DNA of 63,455 nucleotides, the filler included. It is 6 parts of 6 records of this genome, joined end to end, with 100 filler letters (N's around TTAATTAATTAA, not from the genome) between each part and the next. Parts side by side here need not be neighbours in the genome. Positions count along the whole stretch, not along the records: positions 28,066 to 49,974 come from DRR723986_13310; 5 more parts are not named here. One strand, written 5' to 3'. Below the pieces are notes generated by a model that saw nothing but the letters and a program-made list of their open reading frames with translations, was not told the origin of the DNA and searched no databases. Below are positions 29,784 to 40,017 of this stretch, piece by piece. Made by a program: the position numbers and the translations under genes. Position 1 is the first letter of the stretch. Every line of letters starts with the position of its first letter.

Positions 29784-30299
29784 CTACGGCTGGTCATCGA
29801 GCCCTCTCGAATCGTTCTGGCTGCCGGTAGGACTGCTGTGACGAGATTCGAGGAAATGGCTCAGAATCAGTTGCGCGGCCACACCGTCCAGTTTGGCCTT
29901 CTTCTTCTTTGAACTCATCGGATGCTCAGCCAACAATCGCCGCGCTTCGCTGGTCGTGAAACGTTCATCGAAAAGTGCAATTGGAATGCCGAGTCCTTTC
30001 TCGAGCCAAATCGCGTATTCGCGAACCTGTTTCGATTTCTGACTCTCATTGCCATCGCAGTGAATCGGTAGCCCCATCACAATCGCAACGACCTTTTCCG
30101 CCTGGGCCAGTTTGAGCAAGTGGGCCTGATCGAGGCGTTCGTTGCGGCGGCTGTAGGTTTCCAGCGGCGTGACCCAGTTCTGACTTTCGTCGCAAAGCGC
30201 TAGTCCGATGCGGACTGTTCCAAAGTCTATGCCCAACAATCTTCCGCTGGTCGGGATGTGATCGTAAGTTTCAGGCGGCAACGGGGGCTCGGTAGTCAT
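29784..30299 (-). CDS. ruvX: RuvX/YqgF pre-16S rRNA nuclease
   Basis: LLGIDFGTVRIGLA, VMGLP, DERFTT, LDGVAAQLIL. Confidence 0.93.
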   Translation of the reverse strand: MTTEPPLPPETYDHIPTSGRLLGIDFGTVRIGLALCDESQNWVTPLETYSRRNERLDQAHLLKLAQAEKVVAIVMGLPIHCDGNESQKSKQVREYAIWLEKGLGIPIALFDERFTTSEARRLLAEHPMSSKKKKAKLDGVAAQLILSHFLESRHSSPTGSQNDSRGLDDQP

Positions 30300-30305
30300 C
30301 GTGGC

Positions 30306-33167
30306 TCACCCTAACCGTAATCCAAGTGGCAGTGCTTCGCCGAGCATCTCGGCAGCAAATTCCCCTTCCAACTCTCCGCCTTCGGCAACCAATTCACGGT
30401 ATTTGGCCGGTGCATCGTGTCGATCAAAATGCTCTAGCACCTCGCCACGCACTTCGTCAGAGATATCGCGGTAACGATCCCCGACCTTTCGCGCAGTCAG
30501 CATCAGAGCAAAGTGACCTTCGGCGATGTCCCGCCGCAAGATTTCTGCAATCCAGTTTTCAACCAACGAAGGGGACAGCACACAATTCAGCGGTCCGTAT
30601 GCTGGCGTTCGACTGCCGAGTCTACCCAGCGCCCAAAGTACGCTCGACTGGCACGCGGACCACTTGCGATTCCCCAGCATGGAGACAAGCCATCCGCCAA
30701 GCGTCCGCTTCTCTGACGCAGGCAGAAGCTCTAGGGAGCCAACCAGCCTAAGCAGCTCGATCAGTTCGTTCGGCGTTACTCCGCCGCCACCCTTGGCCCT
30801 TCGAGCGGGATCGAGTACCCCTCGCAGCGGACTGGCTACCTGCTGGTAGACGGTCAATTGCTGCCCAGCGGTAAATCCGCCCGCGATTCGTCGCCACAGA
30901 ATGAGTGCTTCGTCGCGGCTTGCTACCGCCGCGTGGCACAACTTGCCGTGAATCGTTCGCCAAACCTGTGCAACTCTCCAATCATCGGCCGCCATTCCAT
31001 AACCAGGTCGGAGGCAGTAGCCCGCAAGGTTGAGCCAACGAGCTTCGTGGCTGGGGGAGATCTTTCGCGCCTCCTGCAAATCCATCAGCTCGGCCCAAAT
31101 CGCGCGCAATAAACTGGGCGGCCATTTCGCTTTGCCCATTTCCAAATCGGCAGCGAGCTGTTTGACGAGTCGGTTGGGTTTCAAGTCGCCCTCTGGAGTG
31201 AAGACCCGCGAAAGCACAGCCCGCGCCGCTTCGACAGCACCTTCATCCAAGAGCCCGTCTGCGGCAAGCACATCGTCGCTAGCCTGGTGATCGGTCTGAG
31301 TGCTTCCGCGGACGTCAAACTCCAGCTTCCACCGGTGTTGCGTATCGGCGGCGCGACAGTACATTTCGAGCGTACCAATTTGCGTCAACTGCGTCTCCAA
31401 GACAACCTGAGCAGTTTCCGCGCGGCGGCGTCCAGCGTACTGCACAACGGTTCGCACTGGAGGCATCGCCTGGAACTCTTCCTCCGCTAGCTCCACTGTA
31501 TCGCCAACCCGATCGGCAAGACGTGCGGACGAAAAGTAAATCGGGAACTGCACCGGTGTGCCAATGCTGAGCGACATTTGCTGGTCGTCGAGCGAAAAGG
31601 AATCGCCTAGGCTAGCATTTCCCGGCACGATACAAACTCCACGCGGCGGGTCTTCCTCTGTCTGCATGTAGAACGAGCACGCTAGTTTTGCCTCGATCTG
31701 CACGCCCTTCCCACGCCGAACGACTCCAAAATAGGCCGCGCCACTGGCAACTGCCCGCTCGAGTCGGTCGCCTTCCAGTTCGCCGGGTTGCCACTTGCCT
31801 GATTCGTCGAACCAGTTGCCGATCGCTCCTAGGACCCGCGAGCGGATCTTCGAACTGGTCATCACGCCGCCATTGAACAGCACCCAGTCAGGCCGCGCTA
31901 GCTCGCGTTCCTCGGTCCCTTCCATCTCAGCATCCGTCCGCCCGGCAAGGCGGTTGTCCCACAGGAAAGCGGACAAGTGCTTCGTAATTGCAGCATCCGT
32001 TGCGAAGGGTAATCCAAACTCTTGAAAACCCACTTCCTGACTCGCCGGTCGATCCTCAAACGCACTGATTGGAAAGAACCCATCGAGTAGGCATCGGTCA
32101 ACATCCTCCGCCGAGACCTCAACCTGCTTGCCGCCACCGATCAGCTTCGATCCGGCCGATGCAATGTGGATCGTAAACGACTCAGGAGCCGAATCGCCGA
32201 GCAGCGTTTCCTTGGCAACGCGAGCTGCACTTCGGAGCGACTCCCATTGGCGAGGCGGCAAGGTTTCGCCGCCGGTCAACTTCTGCTCCGCCATTTTGGC
32301 GAGTGCCAAGTCGATGTTGTCGCCGCCCAAAATCAAGTGCTGCCCGACGGCAACACGATGTAAAGAAAGCATGCCGCCAACGGACTCACTGATGTCGCCT
32401 TTGCCGCTGCCAGTCGCCTGATGAACACGGATTAAGGTGAAATCCGTGGTTCCACCGCCAATGTCGCACACCAAAATCGACTGCCCTGCCGAGACTTTTT
32501 CTTGCCACTCGTCACGGTGCTTGGCCAGCCAAGCATAGAAGGCCGCCTGCGGTTCTTCGATGGGCAGGATTCGCTTCAGCCCCGCTTTTGCGGCCGCTTC
32601 GATTGTCAACTGCCGGGCAACTTGGTCGAACGAGGCGGGCAGTGTAAGTACAACCTCTTGTTCGGAAAGCGGATGCGCTGGATGGGCCTTGTTCCAAGCA
32701 CGGTGAATCTGCGCCAGATAAGCCGCGCTTGCTTCCACGGGCGAGATTCGCACCACATCATCTTCGTCACTCTGCCAAGGCAAGATCTCAGCCCGACGAT
32801 CGACGCCGCCATGACAGAGCCAACTCTTGGCTGACTGTACCTGCCGTCCGGGGCGGACGAGGCCGCGGTCACGCGCGAAAACACCTACTACCTCAGGTGC
32901 ATCCTTGTCAACGCCCGGCAAAACTTCACATTCGCTGCTCGTGGGTTGATAGTGAAACGATGGCAGCAACTCCCGCCGCTCAACAACGCCGGTATCGACG
33001 AACTGCTCAACGGTGAACGATTCGATGCCTTCTGGCGACTTTTCCGTGTCGACGAAGCAAACCGCGCTGTTGGTCGTACCGAGATCGATACCAACCACGT
33101 AGCGGCTAGGTGGCAAATCGGCGAACGCGTCGAGTTCACTGTCGGTTGAGTTGTTTGAGGCCATCAT
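30306..33167 (-). CDS. divergent Hsp70-family protein with long C-terminal helical extension (DUF3731-type)
   Basis: GIDLGTTNS, TLPASF, EEPQAA, CDIGGGTTD, LGGDNID, LFNGG, AVASGAA; C-terminal HEARWLNLAGYCLRPGYG...LWRRIAGG domain. Confidence 0.88.
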   Translation of the reverse strand: MMASNNSTDSELDAFADLPPSRYVVGIDLGTTNSAVCFVDTEKSPEGIESFTVEQFVDTGVVERRELLPSFHYQPTSSECEVLPGVDKDAPEVVGVFARDRGLVRPGRQVQSAKSWLCHGGVDRRAEILPWQSDEDDVVRISPVEASAAYLAQIHRAWNKAHPAHPLSEQEVVLTLPASFDQVARQLTIEAAAKAGLKRILPIEEPQAAFYAWLAKHRDEWQEKVSAGQSILVCDIGGGTTDFTLIRVHQATGSGKGDISESVGGMLSLHRVAVGQHLILGGDNIDLALAKMAEQKLTGGETLPPRQWESLRSAARVAKETLLGDSAPESFTIHIASAGSKLIGGGKQVEVSAEDVDRCLLDGFFPISAFEDRPASQEVGFQEFGLPFATDAAITKHLSAFLWDNRLAGRTDAEMEGTEERELARPDWVLFNGGVMTSSKIRSRVLGAIGNWFDESGKWQPGELEGDRLERAVASGAAYFGVVRRGKGVQIEAKLACSFYMQTEEDPPRGVCIVPGNASLGDSFSLDDQQMSLSIGTPVQFPIYFSSARLADRVGDTVELAEEEFQAMPPVRTVVQYAGRRRAETAQVVLETQLTQIGTLEMYCRAADTQHRWKLEFDVRGSTQTDHQASDDVLAADGLLDEGAVEAARAVLSRVFTPEGDLKPNRLVKQLAADLEMGKAKWPPSLLRAIWAELMDLQEARKISPSHEARWLNLAGYCLRPGYGMAADDWRVAQVWRTIHGKLCHAAVASRDEALILWRRIAGGFTAGQQLTVYQQVASPLRGVLDPARRAKGGGGVTPNELIELLRLVGSLELLPASEKRTLGGWLVSMLGNRKWSACQSSVLWALGRLGSRTPAYGPLNCVLSPSLVENWIAEILRRDIAEGHFALMLTARKVGDRYRDISDEVRGEVLEHFDRHDAPAKYRELVAEGGELEGEFAAEMLGEALPLGLRLG

Positions 33168-33219
33168 CGCATCCTGAGGTTACGCATTTCAGTCCGACAT
33201 TTTATCCGTCGAACATGGT

Positions 33220-35073
33220 TCATTCCGATGCGGCCGCTTGTGATGCTTGCTCATCCTCCGACTCGCGAATACTAAACTCAAGTTTCCATTGCTGGGCATC
33301 TCGAGTGCTCTTGCACCAAAGTTCGAAGACGCCCAATTCGGAAATGCGACTGTGAAAGCGTACGGGGACGAAGTTCTGGCCGTCCGCCTCTTCGGCATCC
33401 AGCGTGACATCCATTGGACTTGTCTCAAGCAATTCGTCCTCACTCCACTGCTTCAGGACGTCACCGACTTTATCGTCTTTGCGCTGCCCAGATGCAAAGA
33501 ATCGAAACTTGGCTTCGCGGCCAACTGCCAGGCCCACTTCCTTGCCGGGCACGTCCGCTTCGGTGCCCTCTTCCATGCCATGTGGCACGACGCACAACGC
33601 ACTCAGGGGGCGTGGCATCCCGGGAATTGCCAACCCAGCGGTCTCGATGCCGACGTAATAGCTTCGAGCGGCTCCGCCGCGGATACGCACTCCGCCGTTC
33701 TGCTTTGCCCAACCGTAAAAGGCCGCTCCACGTGCAACGGCGTGATCCAGATCATCGGGCGCAGAAAGAATCTCTGGTGCATTCTGTGTCAGTTTTTCCA
33801 CACAGCCGATCAACCGCTCCCGCAGCGCCTCACTTCGAAAGACACCACCGTTTAACAGAAGGTGAACGCCGCCCGAGGCTGCTTGATTGCCTTCGCCCGA
33901 GGCGTTGTGGTCGGATGTGCCTTCGGAAGTGTTGTTCTCCGCAAGAAACTTGGCCAAGTGCCGAGAGATGCCCGAGTCGCTCTCAAAGGGCAAGCCTAGT
34001 TCCTGGAACCCCGAGCTACTCTGTGCCTCAGGCCTATCATCAGGACTGCACAGCGGCAGAAAACCATCGACCAGGAACGCCTGCACTTCGTCACGATTCA
34101 GTTCGACCGACACGGTGCCGCCAATCAACTTCGAACCGCGGCCAAGCACCGATACCGTCTCCACGTCCCGGCCCGACTCACTCAACAGCGACTCTTTGGC
34201 GCGGCGACATGAGTGCCATAGTGCAACAGATTGCCAAGGGTCGAGCTGCGTGCCCTTCTCTGCGAATTTCTGAGCCGCCAGGTGCGCGAGGGCAAGGTCC
34301 ATGTTATCGCCACCAACGAGCAGATGATTGCCGACCGCCTTTCTGCTCAGTGCGAGTTCGCCACTTTCACCGTCAACTTGGACCAGCGTAAAGTCAGTGG
34401 TGCCGCCACCGACATCGCAAACCAACAACGTATCGCCCTCGGTCAAGCTCTTCCGCCATTCGTCACCGGACTTCTCCAGCCAGTGGTAAACGGCCGCTTG
34501 CGGTTCTTCTAAAAGGATGAAATCCTCCGGCAAGCCTGCTTGCAAGGCAGCTTCGCGAGTCAGCTCACGAGCCGACATGTCGAACGACGCCGGAACCGTC
34601 AACGTTACCAACTGCTCCGCAATTGGGGCTTCCGGATGCTCCTGTTCCCAGTTGTCAACGAGCTGCCGCAGGAGAAATCGCGTCGCTGCAACCGGAGAAA
34701 ACTTTGTGACCGTCTCTGCGTCCGAATCCCAAGGCAAAATGGGAGAATGTCGATCCACTCCGCCATGACACAACCAACTTTTAGCAGCGGCAATCGTCCG
34801 CTCTGGTTGTTCCGCAGAATTCTGGCGCGCGTAAACACCCTGAATCGTCGGATACTCAGGAAAGTCCGGAATGCTGAACGCACCACTCTGCCCTTCGGCC
34901 TGCGAAGGCACGTACAGAAAGCTTGGCAGACTATCGAACGACTCTAGTTGATTGGCGGCAGAAATCTGGCGGATGGGCAGCGTCTGAATCTCCGCCTGTT
35001 CCACGTCCAACTGCGTGTACGCTACGACACAGTTTGTGGTCCCCAGATCAATGCCGATCGCAAACTTACTCAT
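33220..35073 (-). CDS. divergent Hsp70-family protein lacking the helical lid
   Basis: GIDLGTTN, TVPASF, EEPQAA, CDVGGGTTD, VGGDNMD, AVARGAA; ends at WKLEF plus a short tail. Confidence 0.88.
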   Translation of the reverse strand: MSKFAIGIDLGTTNCVVAYTQLDVEQAEIQTLPIRQISAANQLESFDSLPSFLYVPSQAEGQSGAFSIPDFPEYPTIQGVYARQNSAEQPERTIAAAKSWLCHGGVDRHSPILPWDSDAETVTKFSPVAATRFLLRQLVDNWEQEHPEAPIAEQLVTLTVPASFDMSARELTREAALQAGLPEDFILLEEPQAAVYHWLEKSGDEWRKSLTEGDTLLVCDVGGGTTDFTLVQVDGESGELALSRKAVGNHLLVGGDNMDLALAHLAAQKFAEKGTQLDPWQSVALWHSCRRAKESLLSESGRDVETVSVLGRGSKLIGGTVSVELNRDEVQAFLVDGFLPLCSPDDRPEAQSSSGFQELGLPFESDSGISRHLAKFLAENNTSEGTSDHNASGEGNQAASGGVHLLLNGGVFRSEALRERLIGCVEKLTQNAPEILSAPDDLDHAVARGAAFYGWAKQNGGVRIRGGAARSYYVGIETAGLAIPGMPRPLSALCVVPHGMEEGTEADVPGKEVGLAVGREAKFRFFASGQRKDDKVGDVLKQWSEDELLETSPMDVTLDAEEADGQNFVPVRFHSRISELGVFELWCKSTRDAQQWKLEFSIRESEDEQASQAAASE

Positions 35074-35196
35074 ATGGATTTTGTTTATTTTAAGTGACTC
35101 TGTGTCAATTTTCGCCGCACTGCACTCGGTCGCAACCGGGCGTTATGCACGACAGCCGCTTTGGCACGGGCAGTCGCGGTCAACGACGCGGACTAT

Positions 35197-35724
35197 CTAC
35201 TTGGTCTCGACCTCAATTGGGCAGACCACCATCGCATCGTCTTTCTTACCGCTCCACTTGGGCAATTCAACGGCTGTTGCAACCCATCCCCGGTGTATCA
35301 CCGTGCCACTGCCGTACTGCCCCGTCCCAGACAGCTTGACTTGTCCGGCTGACGTGCCCTCGGCAACCTCCATTGACTCGCCTTCGGCAACTTTCGCAAG
35401 CGGTTCGATGGCGAACATTCGGTCCAGCGTCTTTTTGCAGTCCTTGAGAACATCGCGAGCCGCAGCTCCAATTTGAGCGTCGGAATACTCATCCAGAGAC
35501 TCTTGTGCCAGGTCCAGCAGGCGTGCTTCGCGTTGCAGCGTCGCCAGGAGGGTGAGTGCTTCGCTGCGGGCTGGCCGAGGAGCAGGCTTCGGAGCTTCCT
35601 TTTTCACTTCAGGCTTACTGGGCTCCGGCAGCGCACTCCCGGCCAGAGCGGCTTCGATTTGCTTGGATTTCTCCGAGTTGAACAGAGCCGAAAAAAAGGC
35701 CTTGAAAGCAGTGCCTAAAGCCAT
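35197..35724 (-). CDS. DUF2760-type protein
   Basis: ALTLLATLQREARLLD...YSDAQIGAAARDV...GTVIHRGW signature; first gene of the Hsp70 module. Family name recalled, not HMM-verified. Confidence 0.8.
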   Translation of the reverse strand: MALGTAFKAFFSALFNSEKSKQIEAALAGSALPEPSKPEVKKEAPKPAPRPARSEALTLLATLQREARLLDLAQESLDEYSDAQIGAAARDVLKDCKKTLDRMFAIEPLAKVAEGESMEVAEGTSAGQVKLSGTGQYGSGTVIHRGWVATAVELPKWSGKKDDAMVVCPIEVETK

Positions 35725-35970
35725 AACGAATCCTCAACGGTGGCGCAAGAACGAGATATTTGCCTGAGCGGAGACGCAATGCCCCCACAGCTCGGCCCCA
35801 TTTTAGTGTCAGACCCCAAAACGCACAGCCGACCAATTGCATTCGCCCCTTATCGCTTCGGCAACACTCATCGACACAGCCATCGACGGCACGAAACCAA
35901 TACGCTTTGGGGCAAAGAGCCGTGGCAGGCCGCAGACGAGAGCAGCAGGGCAGCGGCTATCGCGAAACGC

Positions 35971-36594
35971 CTACAGCTTGGAGAAGTTTTCGAGCATCTT
36001 AAGCCCGTTCGACTGGCTTTTTTCTGGGTGAAACTGCGTTGCGAAGACGTTATCCTTCCAGACCGCCGCACAAAATTTTTGACCGTAATCGCACGAGAGC
36101 CAGGTGTCGGAGGCGCTGTCAGGGGCAGCAAAATAACTGTGCACGAAATAGAAGTGAGCGTCTTCGGCAATCCCCTCCAGTAACGGACACCCTGCCTTTT
36201 CGACTTGAATTTGGTTCCACCCCATGTGCGGTATCTTCAAGCCAAGATTGGTCGGAAATCGTTCGACTCGCCCACCAAGGACGCTTAAACCTTGTCGCTC
36301 TTCCCCGTCCTTCTCGGAGCCCTCGAGTCCAATGTCGAAGAGCATTTGCAGGCCCAGGCAGATGCCCAAGAATGGCTTGCCGGACCGCGTGAATTCACAA
36401 ATTGGCTCAACCAAATTCCGCCGCTTCAATTCTCCGATCGCATCGCCAAAGGCCCCGACGCCAGGCAAAATGAGTTTCTCGGCCTTGGCAATTTCATCAG
36501 CACAGCTACTTACTGTGGCTTCGCTGCCAACGTGCTCGAGGGCTTTTTGCACACTGCGAAGATTCCCCATTTGGTAGTCAACGATCACGATCAT
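35971..36594 (-). CDS. hisH: imidazole glycerol phosphate synthase glutaminase subunit
   Basis: IVDYQMGNLRSV, LPGVGAF, GICLGLQ, PHMGWN, YFVHSY, QFHPEKS. Confidence 0.96.
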   Translation of the reverse strand: MIVIVDYQMGNLRSVQKALEHVGSEATVSSCADEIAKAEKLILPGVGAFGDAIGELKRRNLVEPICEFTRSGKPFLGICLGLQMLFDIGLEGSEKDGEERQGLSVLGGRVERFPTNLGLKIPHMGWNQIQVEKAGCPLLEGIAEDAHFYFVHSYFAAPDSASDTWLSCDYGQKFCAAVWKDNVFATQFHPEKSQSNGLKMLENFSKL

Positions 36595-37227
36595 GGCAAG
36601 AAGCTGTTTAGTAGAGAGGCTGAAAAACCTAGCGCCGCCAACCGTTTCGACGCCTTCAGCTCGCATTATGTTCGCATCTCCCCTCCCGGCATAGAGAGCA
36701 AGCCGGAACTATTAAGCAGACGGAAAGCACAAGCCGAAACAAGGGGCGAAGCGAAGCAAATCCGACAGCAGGTGCACAAGCGTGCCCGCCTTTGGCAAAT
36801 TATTTGGCCAGCGGTGGAATTGGGCGTCCGAACCGCCGCCTCGCGACCGTCGACTGTGAATCACTGAGTCGACCACGGTGCCACCTCTTAAAGATCTGTT
36901 CGGCGGTACGTCGACGGGACTATGCCAGTTCGACGTCGTATTGCTCCCTGCTCGGCCAACCAAACGCTTGGTGAATGTCAGAGTTACTTGTGCCCCGATG
37001 AACGACAGTGCCATGCAATCATGCTGGCCACCCCCGGCAGTCTAGTCACACTGGCCAACTTGACCGACCAAAGGCACTAAACGCCGCGATTCCGTTTCAC
37101 ATAATCTACAAGCTGCGGCTTGCATTTGCGACTGTCGATGCATTACTCTGCTAAGTATCCTACATTCTCAACGAACACTCGCGAGAGTCTAATTCGGATA
37201 ACACAGAATTGCCAAAGGAGCCCTGTA

Positions 37228-37866
37228 GTGCGGTCGGAAGTGTTCAAAATTGAAGAAGAGGACGTCGTGTCTGTCTTGATCGCGCAGGACACACACATCG
37301 CTGCCGCTGTGGCCATTTCTCCGCTGCAGCGGAAACGTTTGGTGAAAGACGTTGAGCGGATCGGCGATCTGTCGAATCCGGTCAAGACAAAAACGAAATT
37401 CGAGAGTGTTGCCGTTTCCGATATAGTCGCCATTAAAAATGAACGAGGTTCAAACTGCGGCGTTTCCTTAGACTACAAAGGCAAGAACGGCAAGGTGAAG
37501 GAAGTTGGAATCAGCGTCCCAGACGAATCTTACCGTCGTGCAATTGTCGAAAACTTGGCTCAACGATTTGGATTTCTTTCACGGCGTGAAGTTGTCGGCA
37601 AGCCTTCGAATCTCCCACTGATTTACACGGGCATCGCCCTCTTTGTGCTCACAGTAATGCTTATTCTGTCGTTGGCATACGACTTATCCGAGCCATCATC
37701 TCGAGTGGGGAAAGCGGGAGCGATTCGCGGTTTAGCAGGTATGCTGGGCCCCGTTGGACTTGGAATCACGATGATCATCACCGTCGTCGTGGGAGCACTC
37801 TGCTGGCTTCACTGCCAAAAGAACCCACCGACTCATGAAGAGTACACGCGTCCAGCAGGACACTAG
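37228..37866 (+). CDS. hypothetical membrane protein (soluble N-domain plus two C-terminal TMs)
   Basis: Long ORF; GTG start 7 nt after AAGGAG; two hydrophobic segments. Confidence 0.65.
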   Translation: MRSEVFKIEEEDVVSVLIAQDTHIAAAVAISPLQRKRLVKDVERIGDLSNPVKTKTKFESVAVSDIVAIKNERGSNCGVSLDYKGKNGKVKEVGISVPDESYRRAIVENLAQRFGFLSRREVVGKPSNLPLIYTGIALFVLTVMLILSLAYDLSEPSSRVGKAGAIRGLAGMLGPVGLGITMIITVVVGALCWLHCQKNPPTHEEYTRPAGH

Positions 37867-38109
37867 CGCGCAAGTCCAAGTAAGAAAAGCAGCAAATCGA
37901 CCGCCCAATTTGCTCCGAAGGGTCGACAGAACATTTGTCGGTGGCTCGAGCCCTCGTTCTTGGGCGGGAATGTCGCAAGCCCCAGCGGGCAGATACGGCG
38001 CTACCACTTGCTGGAATGCCGCTCGGTTTGGCAGCCCCGAACGGTTTGATGCAAAGCCATTTATGAGCGGGGGTGAACTTCAGACAGAAAGTCTGAAGGA
38101 AAGAAGAAG

Positions 38110-38183
38110 CACACCCCAGTGGATTCGAACCACTAACCTTCGGTTTCGTAGACCGATGCTCTATCCAGTTGAGCTAGGGGTGC
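38110..38183 (-). tRNA. tRNA-Arg(ACG), CCA not encoded
   Basis: GCACCCC acceptor stem, TAGCTCAACTGGATAGAGC D-arm, TCGGT-CTACGAA-ACCGA anticodon arm, GGTTCGAATCC T-arm. Confidence 0.97.
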
Positions 38184-38874
38184 GTCAGGCTGAGCATTCT
38201 GAACGATGGACAACGTTTCGACAAGGCTGGTTCAGAAAACTCGTGAGATGTTTTGTATCGGTCGTTGCTCCTCCAAATTCTGCCGCTTTCGCAGAAAATT
38301 AAGTTCTTTTTCGAAAACCAGCGCAAGAGTGCTGACGGAACGGAATCTAAATTGCTGGATGTCGCGGGATCGCCCTACGCACGGTGCTGTGCACGCCTGA
38401 CGATGCCTTGGAAAACTGCACGACTTATCGTGCGAGCTCAGGTTACGGCGCGAACCCAGGTTACGGTGCAAACAGCAGGGCAGACAAAGGAAGACTTGCC
38501 GTTTTGCTTGCGGTCCTTGCGTTAAGGTCACAGGCAATCGGTGTAACAACTCGGCTTCGGCGCGAACGTTGTCTACCGGATGGCGTGCGAAGCCGCACAC
38601 ATGTGCTCAAGGAGGGCTACCTTCGGTCTTTACGGTGCAGCTTTCTACGCTCTGCTGTCATCCGACATGGAATTTTCGGGAACTCGCACAGTTGCCGAGG
38701 TTGTTCCTGCGGCTTTCAGCCATGACGGGGCCTCAGCAGTCCCGTAAGAATAAACCGGCTCGGAAGCCGATCGAAAGTCGGAATCCGGGTAGACGCAGCG
38801 ATTGTACAGGTAGACAATATTTGGTGATCAAAAACCCGCTACTTTGGTGGGTCACAATTTTTTGGTGAAGATGA

Positions 38875-39885
38875 ATGTCGAATAAGAAGAGCCGCCGGTC
38901 GTCACGCCGGCATTACCGTACGGCAACGGAGCCTGCGGCAAGACCCGTTTCAGAAACGGATGTTTCAGAACTGCTCAGTGGCGGTTCCCCCAAGGAAGCG
39001 TCCAGCGTTTTGAAATGGAATTCCGGCAAACCTGCCGTTGCTCGTGCTAGCAATATTAATTGGGCCGCAGCCGTCTGGCTGGGCATGATTCACGTCATCG
39101 CTTTAGCAGCACCATGGACTTTCAGTTGGTCAGCACTTGGGGCAACAATTGTCCTGCACTGGCTGTGTGGCGGAATCGGGATTTGCTTGGGCTATCACCG
39201 CCTGCTGACCCACGGCGGTTTCAATACGTTCCCTTGGGTTCGCCGCGTGATCGCCACAATTGGTTGCTGGGCCGGTGAAGGTCCGCCAATCATGTGGATT
39301 TCCAACCACCGTTTACACCACGCACGTAGTGACCAAGAAGGTGACCCACACTCTCCTCACGACGGATCTTGGTGGAGCCACGTATTCTGGCTTGCCTACA
39401 CCGTCGGCGGAAAAGACCAAGGCGAATATCATCGCAAATGGTCGCCTGATATGTGCCGCGACAAATACATCAAGGCGCTGGACTATTTGTTCATCCCGCT
39501 CAACATCGCCCTCGGCGTCGCACTGACTGCGGTTGGCTATGCCATCGACGGTTGGGCTGGTGCTGCATCATGGTTCGTCTGGGCCGTTGGTGTGCGAATG
39601 GTCTTTGTGCTACACGCAACTTGGTTGGTCAATTCAGCTAGCCACATGTGGGGCTATCGCAACTACGAAACCCGCGATGACAGCCGCAACAACTGGTGGG
39701 TCGCCTTGATCACTTACGGTGAAGGCTGGCACAATAACCACCACGCGCACCCGAGAATGGCCAAGCACGGTCACAAGTGGTGGGAAGTTGACGTCACGTT
39801 CATGACCATCCGCCTGATGCAAGCGGTTGGTTTAGCCTGGGACGTGGTCGACTATCGCAATCGATCCGAAAAGAAGGCTGCTTAG
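38875..39885 (+). CDS. delta-9-type membrane fatty acid desaturase
   Basis: His boxes HRLLTH, HRLHH, HNNHH; GDPHSP; GEGWHNNHH. Confidence 0.93.
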   Translation: MSNKKSRRSSRRHYRTATEPAARPVSETDVSELLSGGSPKEASSVLKWNSGKPAVARASNINWAAAVWLGMIHVIALAAPWTFSWSALGATIVLHWLCGGIGICLGYHRLLTHGGFNTFPWVRRVIATIGCWAGEGPPIMWISNHRLHHARSDQEGDPHSPHDGSWWSHVFWLAYTVGGKDQGEYHRKWSPDMCRDKYIKALDYLFIPLNIALGVALTAVGYAIDGWAGAASWFVWAVGVRMVFVLHATWLVNSASHMWGYRNYETRDDSRNNWWVALITYGEGWHNNHHAHPRMAKHGHKWWEVDVTFMTIRLMQAVGLAWDVVDYRNRSEKKAA

Positions 39886-40017
39886 GGCAATAGTCCTACA
39901 GCATTGTTCAGCACTTCGCCAGCCGCCGATTCTCCAACGTTTCGGCGCTGGCCGCTAACTTCTTCCAGCGGCAGTTTCTTAGTGCTGCTAGATGGCGACA
40001 ATTGCCACCGCTTTCAG

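Noticed and set aside
35971-36594. hisH as part of the Hsp70 module
   Set aside because: Separated by 246 nt, and his genes are often dispersed in planctomycetes; no functional link is evident.
36600-37220. Short ORFs in the hisH-upstream spacer
   Set aside because: Overlapping frames on both strands with no RBS or recognisable family signal.
38110-38183. tRNA-Arg as an island integration site
   Set aside because: No integrase nearby and no duplicated tRNA 3' end was seen in the contig.
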